Assembly (NCBI GenBank): GCA_032718475.1
Contig: JAUCBJ010002523.1
Coordinates: 62,001 to 126,000 of the forward strand
Length of the DNA: 64,000 nucleotides
Direction of reading: 5' to 3'
Origin: Nemertoderma westbladi
Taxonomy: Eukaryota > Animalia > Xenacoelomorpha
The notes under the pieces are model-generated. The model was not told where the DNA came from. It did not search any database and saw only the letters and a program-made list of their open reading frames with translations. How positions within the stretch are numbered: position 1 is the first letter of the stretch; the number at the start of each line of letters is the position of its first letter. The position numbers and the translations under genes were made by a program. Below, piece after piece: positions 38,741 through 50,894 of the stretch.

Positions 38741-39060
38741 CCGAGCAAAATTCATCAACATATTGGCGATGGTAACTGCTCCATATTGCTCTGGAAAAAT
38801 CTGCCAGTTTGGAAAGTTTCATGGGTGATTTCCTTCGCAACCGAATGACTGATGACGGTGTTTGGGTCACTACTGCAGAAATCCTAGGAGCTGCATCTGC
38901 TTCCCATCTGAATGCGGACTCCGTAAATGGAGCGGGGAACCACTGTATTATTGAAGGTACTTAAGTGTGTAGTAGTAACGGTACACCATACCTACGACCA
39001 GTATGTTAATACAGCACAAGTACAATCAGTGTTGCTCAATAATACCAGTAACGACGACGT
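38741..39060 (+). pseudogene. OTU-like cysteine protease remnant
   Basis: Hand translation gives IHQHIGDGNC, then RMTDDGVWVTTAEILGAAS, then SVLLNNTSN, in OTU motif order but with deletions or frameshifts between them. Confidence 0.55.
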
Positions 39061-39598
39061 GTTAAACCGTTTAGCTTCTACCCTGAATAATAGCCAACTG
39101 AATCAAAATTAACACATAGTAACAGTTATATGGACATTACATGGGAGGTTACACACAGTTCCTACTGTATTGACCTACCAGCAGATGCTAATTGATGGTG
39201 TACCGCCCCGCTATTGGTTGGTTTACCTCCCCTAGCCACTCCCTAACTTTCCTGGCCATGTGTTGGATTCCGCCTGAGATGTATCCGTTCCCTCTGGTAT
39301 GCAATATTGCGCTGGGCAATATTGTATATCTAGTCGTGATTCGTAAATCACGATTTCCGAATTAGTGAAGGACCCGTGTTCAATCCTCACCTATGCTGAT
39401 CACCTTTTGCATGTCTTATACCTTAGTGTGTTGTATTGTTTATAGAAATTTCACGTATTTTATCGTGTAGAAAATTCAAATAAAATCGAATAGAAAATTC
39501 AAAAACGCAGTGGATGAAAACAGAAGCAAATGGATGAATACAACATAAACAGACATTTGTTCGCATTCTAGGGTCCCTGATAACATCTAAAAACCTTA

Positions 39599-42491
39599 CT
39601 ACTACTAGGTCGAGCGAACTCGGACAGTGGAAATGAGATCCTTCCAGGCTTCCCGATTCTCCATAGTTGTCGCAATTTCGTTTCTCCCAAGTTCAGTATC
39701 CCTTTCAAGATGATCTATATATGTTATGGCCGGTCGTCCACAACTACGCTTTCCATGAGTCGGTTGCCAGAAAAGTAGATCTGGTATGACCTCGTATTTA
39801 CTTCGCCAGCAGTGCCCACTGAATCTTAATCTACGTTCACGGAGGGTGGTTGATACAGGTGGTATTGTACCATAAAGCTCGGCGTTTGTCATGTGTTGTC
39901 TCCAGCTGATGTTTAGGGCTGCCCTTAGTAGTCTTGTGTAGCAACCATCCATTCGTTGTTCAAGTGATTTAGTCAGTGTCCAGGTCTCACCCCCGTATAA
40001 AAATACACTTTCCACTGTGGCTCGAAAGAACTTAGTCTTCAGGTGCCTGGAGAGATCTGATTTCCAGATGGTATCCATTTTTGATAGAGCTACCCAAGCC
40101 TTTGCTTTCCTAACTTCTATGTCCTTTTTGCTACTCTCTATCCATAATCCAAGGTACTGGAAGTCATCGACCTTCCTTAGTTGATTATTATCAATGGTTG
40201 TCAAGTTTCCATCAACATTAAAGGTCATGAATTCGGTCTTGGTAGCATTTATATGCAATCCAACCTCCTTAGCAGCCCTCTCCACTTTATTTAGTAGAAG
40301 CTGTGCATCTGCTAGCGTATTAGAGAGCAGGGCGATGTCATCCGCAAAGTCGGTGTCTGTGACTGTAATTGCCGGATATCTACTACTTCTGCGTTCTTGA
40401 AGTGTGAATCCCAGATCTTCACCCTGTGGCCGTCCTCATTGCGTAATCCAGCACAATTACAAATAGTAATGGTGCTAATGTGTCACCTTGCAGTACGCCA
40501 GCCAGGATTGAGAAAAACTCAGTTTCACCATCTGGTGAGAGTACCTGCGCTTCTGTGTCACAATATAACAATCCAATGCCAACAATTACTTCTGGTATTC
40601 CATAAGCTCTTAGGATTTCAAGCATTTTACCTCTATGGATGGAGTCGAATGCCTTCTTGAAGTCCACAAAAGTCATGACTGCGGGGAGTTTCTTTGACTT
40701 AATTCCTTCAATCAGTCTCCGTAGTGCAAGTATCTGAGCTATTGTTGATCTACTTGGTCGAAATCCGTTTTGGCTCTTACGCAGTAGTTTCTCTATGTGA
40801 GGCCTAATCCTATATAGAATCATTTTATTGTATATTTTGGCAGCTACCACAAGCAGACAGATCCCACGATAGTTTGTTGGTATGCCGAGGTCTCCTTTCT
40901 TGGGGAGAGGCTTTAGTTGACCTTTAGTCCAAATTGGTGGTGGCTTTTCCCCTTTTAACATCCGGTTGCAAACATTCAATAATGGTGTATTTAGCACTCC
41001 TGTTTTCCATGCCTCCGCTGGGATTTCATCTAATCCACTCGCTTTATTATTGGACATGCTTTTAATGCTTCTTTGGAGTTCGGCAGGTGTGAAGTCCCCT
41101 GTTTCTATAGGTAGTGTCTTGTCATATATTTTCCTTGTAGGGCTGACCTCGATGTTTGGTGGCTGCCCAAGCAAGTTGCTGAAGTGATTTTTCCACTTCC
41201 CAACACGTTCTTCAGGACTATCGCTTTGAGGCACCCCTTTGCACAACTTTTCCGACCAGATACCTCATTTACAGTTTGCCAGGTAAGTCTTGATTGTTGC
41301 TTTATTTTAGCAGTTGTAATTGCTTCAGTTTTATCCTGTATGTACCTTTCCTGGCTGATGTTGTAGGCTAATTTAAGATCGTCCTTAGCTTTCTCAACCT
41401 TGTTGATGTTTTCGGTTGTTGGTTGTTCGGTTTTAACTTTGTAGGCTATCTTAAGATCTTCTCTCTTACAAGTAACCTCAGAGTTTTGCCATGGCACATA
41501 CTGTTTTCGTTTAGGTTTCTGGGGGATATGCCTCTTAGCTGATTCCTTGTGGGCTGTTATTATATTTTCGGTTCTACTGTATAAGCATCCTTTACAGCAT
41601 TGTCAGTTCTGAGTTTCTCAGACTTGTTTGTCAGTTGATTTGCTTGCTTGTCCTGGGTTTGCTGGCTCTCAAACTGAGTCTGATCTCTGCAGTCACAATT
41701 CTGTGGTCCGAACCAATTAGGTTGAAAGAGCTGTATGCCTCGCAGTTGATCATGCTGTTTCTCCACTTTTTGTTTATAAGGATGTAATCCAGTTGTGCTT
41801 TGGTTCCATTAGGGTATTGAAAGGTCCATAGCTTCCCCTTACTCTTTTCAAATGTGTTGTTTGTTGGTATCAATTCACATTCTTCCATTAGGTCTAAAAG
41901 TAAGTACCCATTTCTGTTAGAACTGGTGTTATAGGTGTAACCCTTGATGTCTTCTGGGCCAATTTGCGCATTCAGGTCACCAGCAATGACTTTAACATTG
42001 TGTTTCGGGATGTCCTTAATAAGTCCAGTCAGTTCTTCATAAAACTTGACTGCTTGTTCTGGCTCTGATGCATTGGTTGCACTGTAGCAACATATAACTG
42101 TTGTCTTGGGATTCCCATCAAATGTTGCGATCATAACCCTGGAATTTATAGATTCGATGTTGTTTAGGGTCTTAAGTGCAAATGGGTTTCTCAGAATTCC
42201 TACTCCACCAATTGATGCATTGGCCGAGTTTCTTACTGCTGAGCTTGTTACTAACGTCCATCCATTTCCAATGTCATTGTACTTCATGGCAGTGTCTTCA
42301 TGACAAATCCGATGTTCTTGGATGCAGATGATGTCGATGTTATATTCCATTGCCAGAGCGACCATGTCACCCTGTTTGCTCTGTGCTTTCAGCGTGCGTG
42401 CGTTCATTGTAGCAATCTTTAGTGTCTTTTTACATTTCAACAGGTTGGTTCTTCTTTCTTCTCTGTCTTCTGTCTTCTTCCTCTGTCTTCT
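39599..42491 (-). mobile_element. RTE LINE family B, near-complete frameshifted copy with 13-bp TSD
   Basis: APE (41631-42440: MNARTL, IQEHR, GDLNA, QLDYIL, SDH), RT (40419-41246, DFADD at ~40340), C-terminus (39605-40285) and (TAG)n tail. TSD TCTAAAAACCTTA at 39586-39598 and 42492-42504. Confidence 0.95.
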
Positions 42492-42517
42492 TCTAAAAAC
42501 CTTATCACTTTTCTAGG

Positions 42518-42930
42518 TCATAATAAATTTGCCGTGGTCCGTGTATCAGGCATTCTGTAATTATTGCGAGTTGCGGTGGAGTTTGATCGGCAACCAATAA
42601 TGAAAGCGTGTAGAGGATGACTCGGCGTGTCCACAATCTTCTTTACCATGTTGGTGAACTGTTTGGAAAACGCATCATTTATAATGTTCATGTAAACTTG
42701 TTTTTCAATTTTTGAGTGTTTGGCAAACAGCGACAGTGGCCTCTTTAACTTCTTTTTGAGATTCTTTGGAATGAGGGGGACCCACGTAACCGCACAGTAC
42801 ATATATTGTGGTACAATGTAAGTTTCAAAGATAAATATTTTTGTATCTTTATTTGCAAACCGGATGAAAAAACTGAATTGGCGAACTATGTAATTTACCC
42901 TTTTTATAAGTTTAAATATATGAGCTCCTC
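42518..42930 (-). mobile_element. LINE ORF2 C-terminal fragment (clade uncertain)
   Basis: FETYIVPQYMYCAVTW and IVDTPSHPLH resemble post-RT regions of CR1/L2/Rex-group LINEs. Confidence 0.5.
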
Positions 42931-43168
42931 CCTTAACTTCTTCAGAGAATGCCTGAAAGCCACAGCATGAAATTTGAAACAGAGATAGTTTCACCTCCCT
43001 CCTCCTCCGTGGGGGAGCCAGAATTTTTATTTTTGCTTTCATTCTTTAGCTACAAGCGTTTAAAAAAGTGTCTCCGTCGATATTGCACCAGTTACACCGC
43101 AGTTATTTTTCAAACATTTAGTGATTCGTTGGTACTCGTAGAAAGCTGACCGTGCAAGGATTCCAAAA

Positions 43169-43492
43169 ATGTAAAAATATTTGAATTTGGTTGGGAAATA
43201 GCTGATATATGGGCATTCGAATTTTGCATGTATTTGCTTCTTCTGCAGGCCATTTATTCTATTAAAATACACAATGTTCGAGAACATTTTGATTATGTGG
43301 GAATATCTATAAACTAGTATTATCATGTAGGCCATTGCATTGTTGCCAAGCTATTTATGAGATAAACAAAATGTTCTAGAACATTGTGTATTTATTTAAT
43401 ATAATAAATGGCCTGCAGAGGAAGAAAATACATGCAAAATTCGAATGCCCATATCTCAGCTATTTCCCAAACAAATTCAAATATTTTTACAT
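43169..43492. repeat. long imperfect inverted repeat, arms ~125 bp
   Basis: 43169-43291 is reverse-complementary to 43367-43492. Confidence 0.88.
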
Positions 43493-43494
43493 AT

Positions 43495-44429
43495 TTAATT
43501 TTGAAATTATTTTTTTTGAAAATCCACTCAATTGATAAAATTGCTTGTGACAATTTTTTTCTTGCGTTTTAGAGGTTTATGGCTGTTCTTAATTCAATGG
43601 AATATATAATTATCTAACTAGACATCTCAAACTTGTATTTTTCGGAAGTGGGTGCAAAATGTGGTGCTAGCACCAAATTTTGAAAACCATCAAATATATC
43701 AATTGATTGTGTCACCTTGTTTCTTGCGTTATACGGGTTTGTGGGGGTTCTGAATTCAATGGAATCAGTAAAAATTTCATAAGAGTTTTCAAACTTGTAT
43801 TTTTCGCCGGTGGGTGAAAATTTTTGTGCCAGCACCAAATTTTGGAAAATAAGTAAATTGATCAGTAGATAGTATCGTATTGTTTCTTGCGTTATACGGG
43901 TTTATGGGGGTCCTGAATCCGATGGAATCAATAAAAACTGCACTGGACATCGCTAACTTGTACTTTTTGGTGATGGGTACGAAATTTTGAGCTAGCACCA
44001 AATTTCGTACCCAAATTTTGCCAAATTACGCCGAAAAATACAAGTAGCAATGATCTGGCATATTAGAAATGTATTCCATTAGATTCAGCGCCCTAGAAAA
44101 CCTGAAAATGTAAAATTATAGCATCGTATAAGTGAATTAAAAATTTTGTGTTCTAACTGAAAAGTGCTGGTTACTTGTTTTTTTCCTACGCAGAGAGGAC
44201 TAAACAGCCATTTATAGTAATCATTTATCATTTTTAAATATTTTCCAATGTATTTTCCTCCCCAGAAAACCTGTATTGAAAAACAATTAGCCGAAAAATA
44301 TACATACAAACAAAAAATCAGACGTTTTCGTAAAAATTTGTAGATTTTAGAGGGGAGGGGGGGGGGGGGGGGGGTCAATATGACCCCCCCCCCGGTATTT
44401 GTACATTTTATAGCCCGGTACTAATAGGG
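43495..44429. mobile_element. partial copy of piggyBac-type MITE (same family as 59488-60848)
   Basis: Collinear with ~59875-60848; ends TAATAGGG then TTAA (44430-44433). Confidence 0.85.
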
Positions 44430-46647
44430 TTAAAAGACAAAATCGGAATCTGGCATATATATATATTTGTATTTGAATATAAAACTGTTTTATATTTTTT
44501 TTACCGTATCAGGTAATTTCGCGGTTCAGCATCGGTGGCAGCATTTTTTTATATAATATTGTTACCAATTAAGGGAAAGGAACATGTTACAGAGGCAGCC
44601 TTTTCTAATCAAAACAATAAACGATATTGTTGCCAATTGAGGGAAACAAACAGGTTACAGAGGCAGGCTTTTCTCACCAAAACGATATACGATGTTGTTG
44701 CCAATTGAGGGAAAGGAGCAGGTTACAGAGGCAGGCTTTTGTAACCAAAACAATAAACGATATTTAACCATTAATGATTAAAACAAGATGTCAGGGTCTT
44801 TATTGTTTATATACCTTTCAAGTTGAAGGAAAATTGAGTAAAATACTTTTTTACATTAGACGTTTGAAAAAATGTAAAATGCAGAAAAAACAAAAAATCA
44901 ATGAATATGTTTCGTGCTGCGCGATGCGGAAAAAGATGACATATTGAAATTTTTTTCAAGTTGGTCACTATAGGTTGAAAAATGATTGTCAAATTTTTTG
45001 GAGCATTCCGACAAGAATTGGCGGCGGGGAACTGTTTTTATCAAGGGTGCGGATATACGATAGAGACAGGACTATCGTCGAGTTGTGAGAATGTCGAAAT
45101 CACTCATCTGATTCCCGAGTGCCTCTCTAGTTTAATCTACCTCCCTTCTCACAATCACTCTGGGTTCGGACAGGGAACCTACTGTTGGATAGACCAGTCG
45201 AGAGCGATATGTTTGGACTCCAGAGGAAGTGTCATAAATATGAATGATTGTGTAACTTACAACTTATATTTTTTTCCGATATAAACTAGTCTTACTTTGC
45301 ATCACACCAATAATGTTCGTACAAACCAATAATCTTACTAATAGCAAACGACTACTAGACTAGTTATTTTAATTTTATTTACAGAGACAAACAGGATGGA
45401 ATGATAACTGCGGATGAATGAAGGATGGAACTTCGTGGGAGAATTTGTTCAATTGTACGAGAAATAATTTCATTCTAGAATAAACTAACCGACCCAAAGC
45501 GCTACTGTCTCTCTATTCTTATAAGAATTCCTTACACAAAGCCCTTTTATTTGTTCATAACGTAATGTTTTCATATTAATCAGCCTTATAAATATAGATT
45601 AATTTTTTATATATGTATAATTTGTTTCGCAAGATGTTTTTATTCACCCCAATGAATGTATTCCTTATTAATTAATTGCTGAACCTTCTTTATATTATTT
45701 AACGATAGAGGATTGGAAGCGATAAACCGAATAGTATAAGGGCGATGAAAGCTTTCGAATGATAAGTTTATTAACCAGAATTATTTATCTTTTTATTGGC
45801 GCAATTCTAGGACTAATCCCATCAGATGCATACTTTTTAGCCGGGTAGTTTAACAATTTTGAAATCACGCAATTTTATGATGAAATTTACTTTCAATATC
45901 TCTCACCGCTCCTCCTTGGTGTTTTGGATAAATCCGTTGCTTCTCATCTCTCGGAGGTCGTGAGTTAGACCCCCGCATGGTGGGCTGGGCAGTTTTCGTT
46001 TTGGGCACGAATGCTTTAAAGGGACGAGCCAGGGCGTATCTCTTAAATGTTACCTAATTTTTTTTCATTACGCCCCCACGCGGGGCAATTGGTATCATTT
46101 TTATTAAGTAAACGTCCGCGCTTTAACATCTTCATATCAGAATTACATGATGCAACATGTCATACATGTTAAATCATCAATTTATATTGTTTGTATATTT
46201 AATGAGTAGTTTGATTTCCCAGTGATTATTATAAAACACATTGATTCTTAATAGATTTAAATAATAAGATTCAACTTAAATAACTGTAACACAAACGATA
46301 GCACAGTAGTAGTAACTAATAACAACAAATATCACCAATAAGTTATAGAATGAATGAACACGAGATTATATTTCTTGAATAATATTGATAACTATTTATA
46401 CACACATACATATAGTGTTATAACGATTGGTCATGGCTCTTAGGTTTGCACTTTAAAGGAAACAAGCATACTGAGTTATTATATATTGTGGTCGTATATC
46501 ATAACAGTTTTCATGTGGTAAGACAACGCAGAATAGTTTCAGCGATTTTTTAGATTTACAGACGGAATAACAATACAAGTTCGATCTGTGTGGATTTAAA
46601 GATATTCACTTTTAGAAGGCGACCCACAATACTAAAGCTATTGGATA

Positions 46648-47301
46648 TCAGTAGAAGTCAATAGTAATTGTTACTACCAACAGAATATAAACAACAGCTC
46701 CAGTGAGGTGATTCGCCAAACTAGCTATCGTGAATATTTCAGCGGTTGTCGATGGTTCTCTCTCGGTTGTTTCTGGTTCGGTTGTTACCGGATCAAACAC
46801 GGGATCATTCCAATCCACGGTTCCATTGGGTAACAGATAGTCGTGTTCCCACACAAGGTCTACTACTGTGTTGCAGACTTCTGTTCCGTGGCAGCAGATT
46901 TTCATGCAACTCGGATGTGTCAGCTCGACGGTGTACCCCGAACTAAATGTCTCGAACTCGTCTCCAACCTTCTTTCTGCATTCCACTTCATCGTGATCCT
47001 TGCAGCCATCAGAACGATGGCAGTATTCTTCCCTTGTATACAACAAAACTTTGGAAACTTCGCTATTTAAATTGAATATACCTGGCAATTGATTATAATG
47101 CAGACTGCATGTTGAGCAATCCGTTTCATTGTAACCTGGATTTTCTTCTAGCCAGCCGCTATCCGGGAACACTTCCGGCAGAGCTGTCTTATAAGTCACC
47201 ATGGTGTGTCGGTTCATACATGATACAGCCGACACATCCATAACTATCTCTGTAACTATATAAACAGCTACAAATAGCATTTTCACAAATTCGATATCCA
47301 T
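46648..47301 (-). CDS. Ly6/uPAR-like GPI-anchored protein, copy 3 (217 aa)
   Basis: Intact ORF; one in-frame codon deletion and one codon insertion relative to copy 1; all 10 Cys kept. Confidence 0.85.
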   Translation of the reverse strand: MDIEFVKMLFVAVYIVTEIVMDVSAVSCMNRHTMVTYKTALPEVFPDSGWLEENPGYNETDCSTCSLHYNQLPGIFNLNSEVSKVLLYTREEYCHRSDGCKDHDEVECRKKVGDEFETFSSGYTVELTHPSCMKICCHGTEVCNTVVDLVWEHDYLLPNGTVDWNDPVFDPVTTEPETTEREPSTTAEIFTIASLANHLTGAVVYILLVVTITIDFY

Positions 47302-47965
47302 AACTTTTGATCTTCCGATTTGTGTTCGATATTCAGTATACTGTTTCCAAGATTATTAATACCGTTAGCTACTGTATTATTTTTTTAAGAATTATAATTA
47401 TTAATAATACATAATTGTTAACAATTTATTAGTTTCGATTTGAATGATGGCCAATATTGCTAAAGAATCTTACCAAAGAGAGGCCCTGTCACGTAAATAC
47501 GAAAGGCATATCATTCCAGTCGAGTGTCTCACAACACGCTAAAGATTTTCGTAGTATAGAAAATTAATACATTAAATTCTGTAATTTTAGATGTTGGTTA
47601 AGTTTTTAGATTATAAATTTCTAAAATGCAAAAAGTAATAACCAAATAATAAAAAATAATTCCTAACACTCGTTTAACATAACGGAAATTAAAACATTTA
47701 AATTAAATGTTTAAATGTTCCGTTTGGTTTATTATTTTCAACGCACAACATAGTACCGCAGGCGAAGCGTTGTTTCTCAGCACCTGGGAGTATAACGCGA
47801 ACTTTTAGCCCCCCACTCCCCCCCGTTTGTTAAATTTTTCAAAAAAATATATATAAAAAAATCAATATGTTTGCCTCCTACTCAAAGCAGCTGCCTTTTC
47901 TCAGACAGAGTGCCTTTTTTTTGCCCAAATGATTATTATTATATTTCGTTCATTATTAATATCTT

Positions 47966-48258
47966 CCAGGTCAGGTCAGGTATTCTAGGTCATTGATCAA
48001 GAAAACTTGCCACCTCCATGCAGCATAAAGGGGGTGCCACCTGTAGCTGCATAGACCCTCTTACTAGGGCAAATCTGGTCCTGTAACTAGGACCCCCTTC
48101 TTTCTGGGATAAGGACGCCCTTGGTCCTGGACGGTCAGGGCCCTAAACCGATTAGGTTCTCTGTTCGCAGAACACCGAACACTATTCCGGCCACGGAACT
48201 AGTCCAGCATAATGCCTTTATAGAATCCTGGGATTTGTGGGACGAGAGGATCTCAGCA
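47966..48258 (-). mobile_element. probable LINE 3' end with (CCTGA)n tail
   Basis: Homology with unit A stops abruptly at CCAGGTCAGGTCAGG, followed by a GC-rich segment. Confidence 0.4.
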
Positions 48259-48259
48259 A

Positions 48260-50125
48260 CTAAGCGAAAACGAACAATAGGATGTTCCTAGACCCCCCCC
48301 CCCAAAATTTATCCAGAAGACTTTTCGCCATACATAATGTGTTAAAAAAGTCTACGGTTCTCCGGCTAGGGCCAATTTGAGTCAAAAAGTCCGCTTCCCT
48401 AGCAACCACGTTGCTATGGAGATAAGTCCAGAACCGCTAATGCTACGGACTTGGAACCGGCGCCAAACTGTAGGCAGTATATGGGTTTACCTTCACAACC
48501 TTTTTTTTGGAGCGATCAGATCATGATCTTGACCATGATCAGCAAAGATCAGTTTTGATCAGCAATCGGACACTCAAGGCTTGCTCCAATCGAAAAACTT
48601 AACATTACAAAAAGATTCAGCGACCCTACATTAGTCATGATTGCCGTTAAAAGATTTTCAAAAAAGTGAATTCTTCCTGATCAAAACGCAAGATCATGAT
48701 CGCGCAAAGATCGGACTTCGTAAAATCGTAACTAAGCATTTTGGATATAAACAATTACTGTAGGAATTGTTCAGAACAACGCCTTGAGTCGATTAAAAAA
48801 AAAATTGGCTCGATCGGACAACCGGTTCTCGAGATCTGATACCTCATCATTAAAGATCGTGTTTTTCGGTTTTTTCCAATTTTCTCGAAAACTTTGTTTG
48901 AGACCCCCGATTTTTTTTTTACGAATCGACTTCTATGATGAAGTGGCAACTTTTGAGCATTTCGAAATTTTCAAAAAGCGATTTGATCAGGCCATGATCA
49001 GGAAAGATCGTGTTTTCGGTTTTATTTCGAAGACCAAGTCCTGGGAGTTCACCGTATGGAAAAACTTAACATCACAAAAAGATTCCTCACCCTCGAATTA
49101 TGGGGGGTAGCCAAAATTTGGGCATAAAAAAGTTCAAGTCTAGAGGGTCAAAACTCAAGATCATGATCGCGAAAAGATCAGTATATTTAAAATCGAATCT
49201 AAGCATTTTTCTAATAAACATTCATTGTAAGAAATGTTCAATGGTCTATTCTGAGTTGATTAAAAAAAAAATTGGCTCGATCGGTCAATCGGTTCTCGAG
49301 ATCAGCTTCCTGATCATAAAAGATCGCGTTTTTCGGTTTTTTCCAATTTTCTCGAAAACTTTGTTTGAGACCCCCGATTTTTTTTTTACTAATCGACTTC
49401 TATTAAGAAGGGGCAACTTTTGAGCATTTCGAAATTTTCAAAAAGCGATTTGATCAGGCCATGATCAGGAAAGATCATGTTTTCGGTTTTATTTCGAAGA
49501 CCAAGTCCTGTGAGTTCACCGTATGAAAAAACTTAACATTACAAAAAGATTCCTCACCCTCGAATTAGGGGGGGGGTAGCCAAAATTTGACCATAAAAAA
49601 GTTCAATTCTAGGGGGTCAAAAGATCATGATCGCGAAATGATCATTTTTTTCGAAATTACTTCTGAGCATTTTGGGGCAAAACTTTCAAACTAAAAAACA
49701 TTCACTGGAGTGTTCTAAGTAGATTAAAAATAATTTCGACTCAATAGGCCTACCGGTACCGGAGATATGGTCGCCCAAAGTCTGCTTCCGGTAATTCGAA
49801 AATATTTCGAAAACCCTTGATCGAATTTTTTCCTTGAAAATATGTGAATGTACAGTTAGTGGACCCGCATTTAACGATATATCACAATCTATATTTCGGA
49901 TGACAGGTACCGGTGAAATCAGACTTTACCGAAAAAAATTCAAATTTTAGCTACTCATGTCTGACTATCTCGAAAACTATAATAGGTATGGAAATACTTT
50001 CACTGCAAGAAATGTTCGCCTATCCAATGCGCTTCTAACTCTGTGCTCGGATTTTGCATAGTGTCAAAACCTACAACTTAACCCCCCCAGCGGAGGGAAC
50101 GGAGTGACCGGAGCGCCAGTACTAT
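48260..50125. mobile_element. non-coding element with internal ~465-bp direct repeats
   Basis: GATTAAAAAAAAAATTGGCTCGATCGG at ~48791 and ~49258 starts near-identical units; a diverged partial unit precedes them; GATC-rich. Class unknown. Confidence 0.55.
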
Positions 50126-50894
50126 CTTTCATTGTTATGAAGTCATAAGGGCGGTGGGTGGGGTAGGTGGTGAACACTATTTATAGGGTGGAGGGAGGGT
50201 CTAGTATATTACTTTAGGATATTTGATTTCTTTGCAATATAGTTTAGCTGCCTCAGTCTTATTTGTAATATGTTATACATTATACCAAATTATATCAAGT
50301 TTTAACATCTACATTGTCTACCTGTAGGAGAAATATACAATGTAGGGCTCATAATATATTTATAAATAGATTTAGTATATTTACATTGTATAACAGAGTT
50401 AATTGATACTATTACGGTATTATACTAAAGACGCCACTTTGATATATCTGATCAAATGGCAATTTCTTGTATATTATCTATTTCACTATCTTGGGTATAT
50501 CATTCAATTTCTAAAACTATAATAATAAACATTTACTTCACTTCTTGTTTACTCGCATGGATATATTGATATAAAACACTTCAGTATAATATCTTATAGG
50601 GCCAAACGCAGATTAATCGGAATAATATGTTTAATTATTATTACAATTGGCACATTGAAGTAAGTAGTACATGAGTTTGATAAAATAATTATGAATCTGT
50701 ATCTTATTCTACTTTGTCTATATGATTATGTTATATAATAATGTTACTTTATCACTTTGGTTTAAACCGATCTCCTATACTATTACTTACTACTTATACT
50801 ACTACTACTACTACTATTACTAATACTACTACTGACTACTACAGAGTTATATATTATAAGAGGAGGGGGTTCGTGATTATTAGTTATTATACAA

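Noticed and set aside
48755-49423. Lys/Phe-rich short ORFs (also 43614-44378, 59470-60400)
   Set aside because: Low-complexity readings of AT-rich non-autonomous elements, with no domain motifs.
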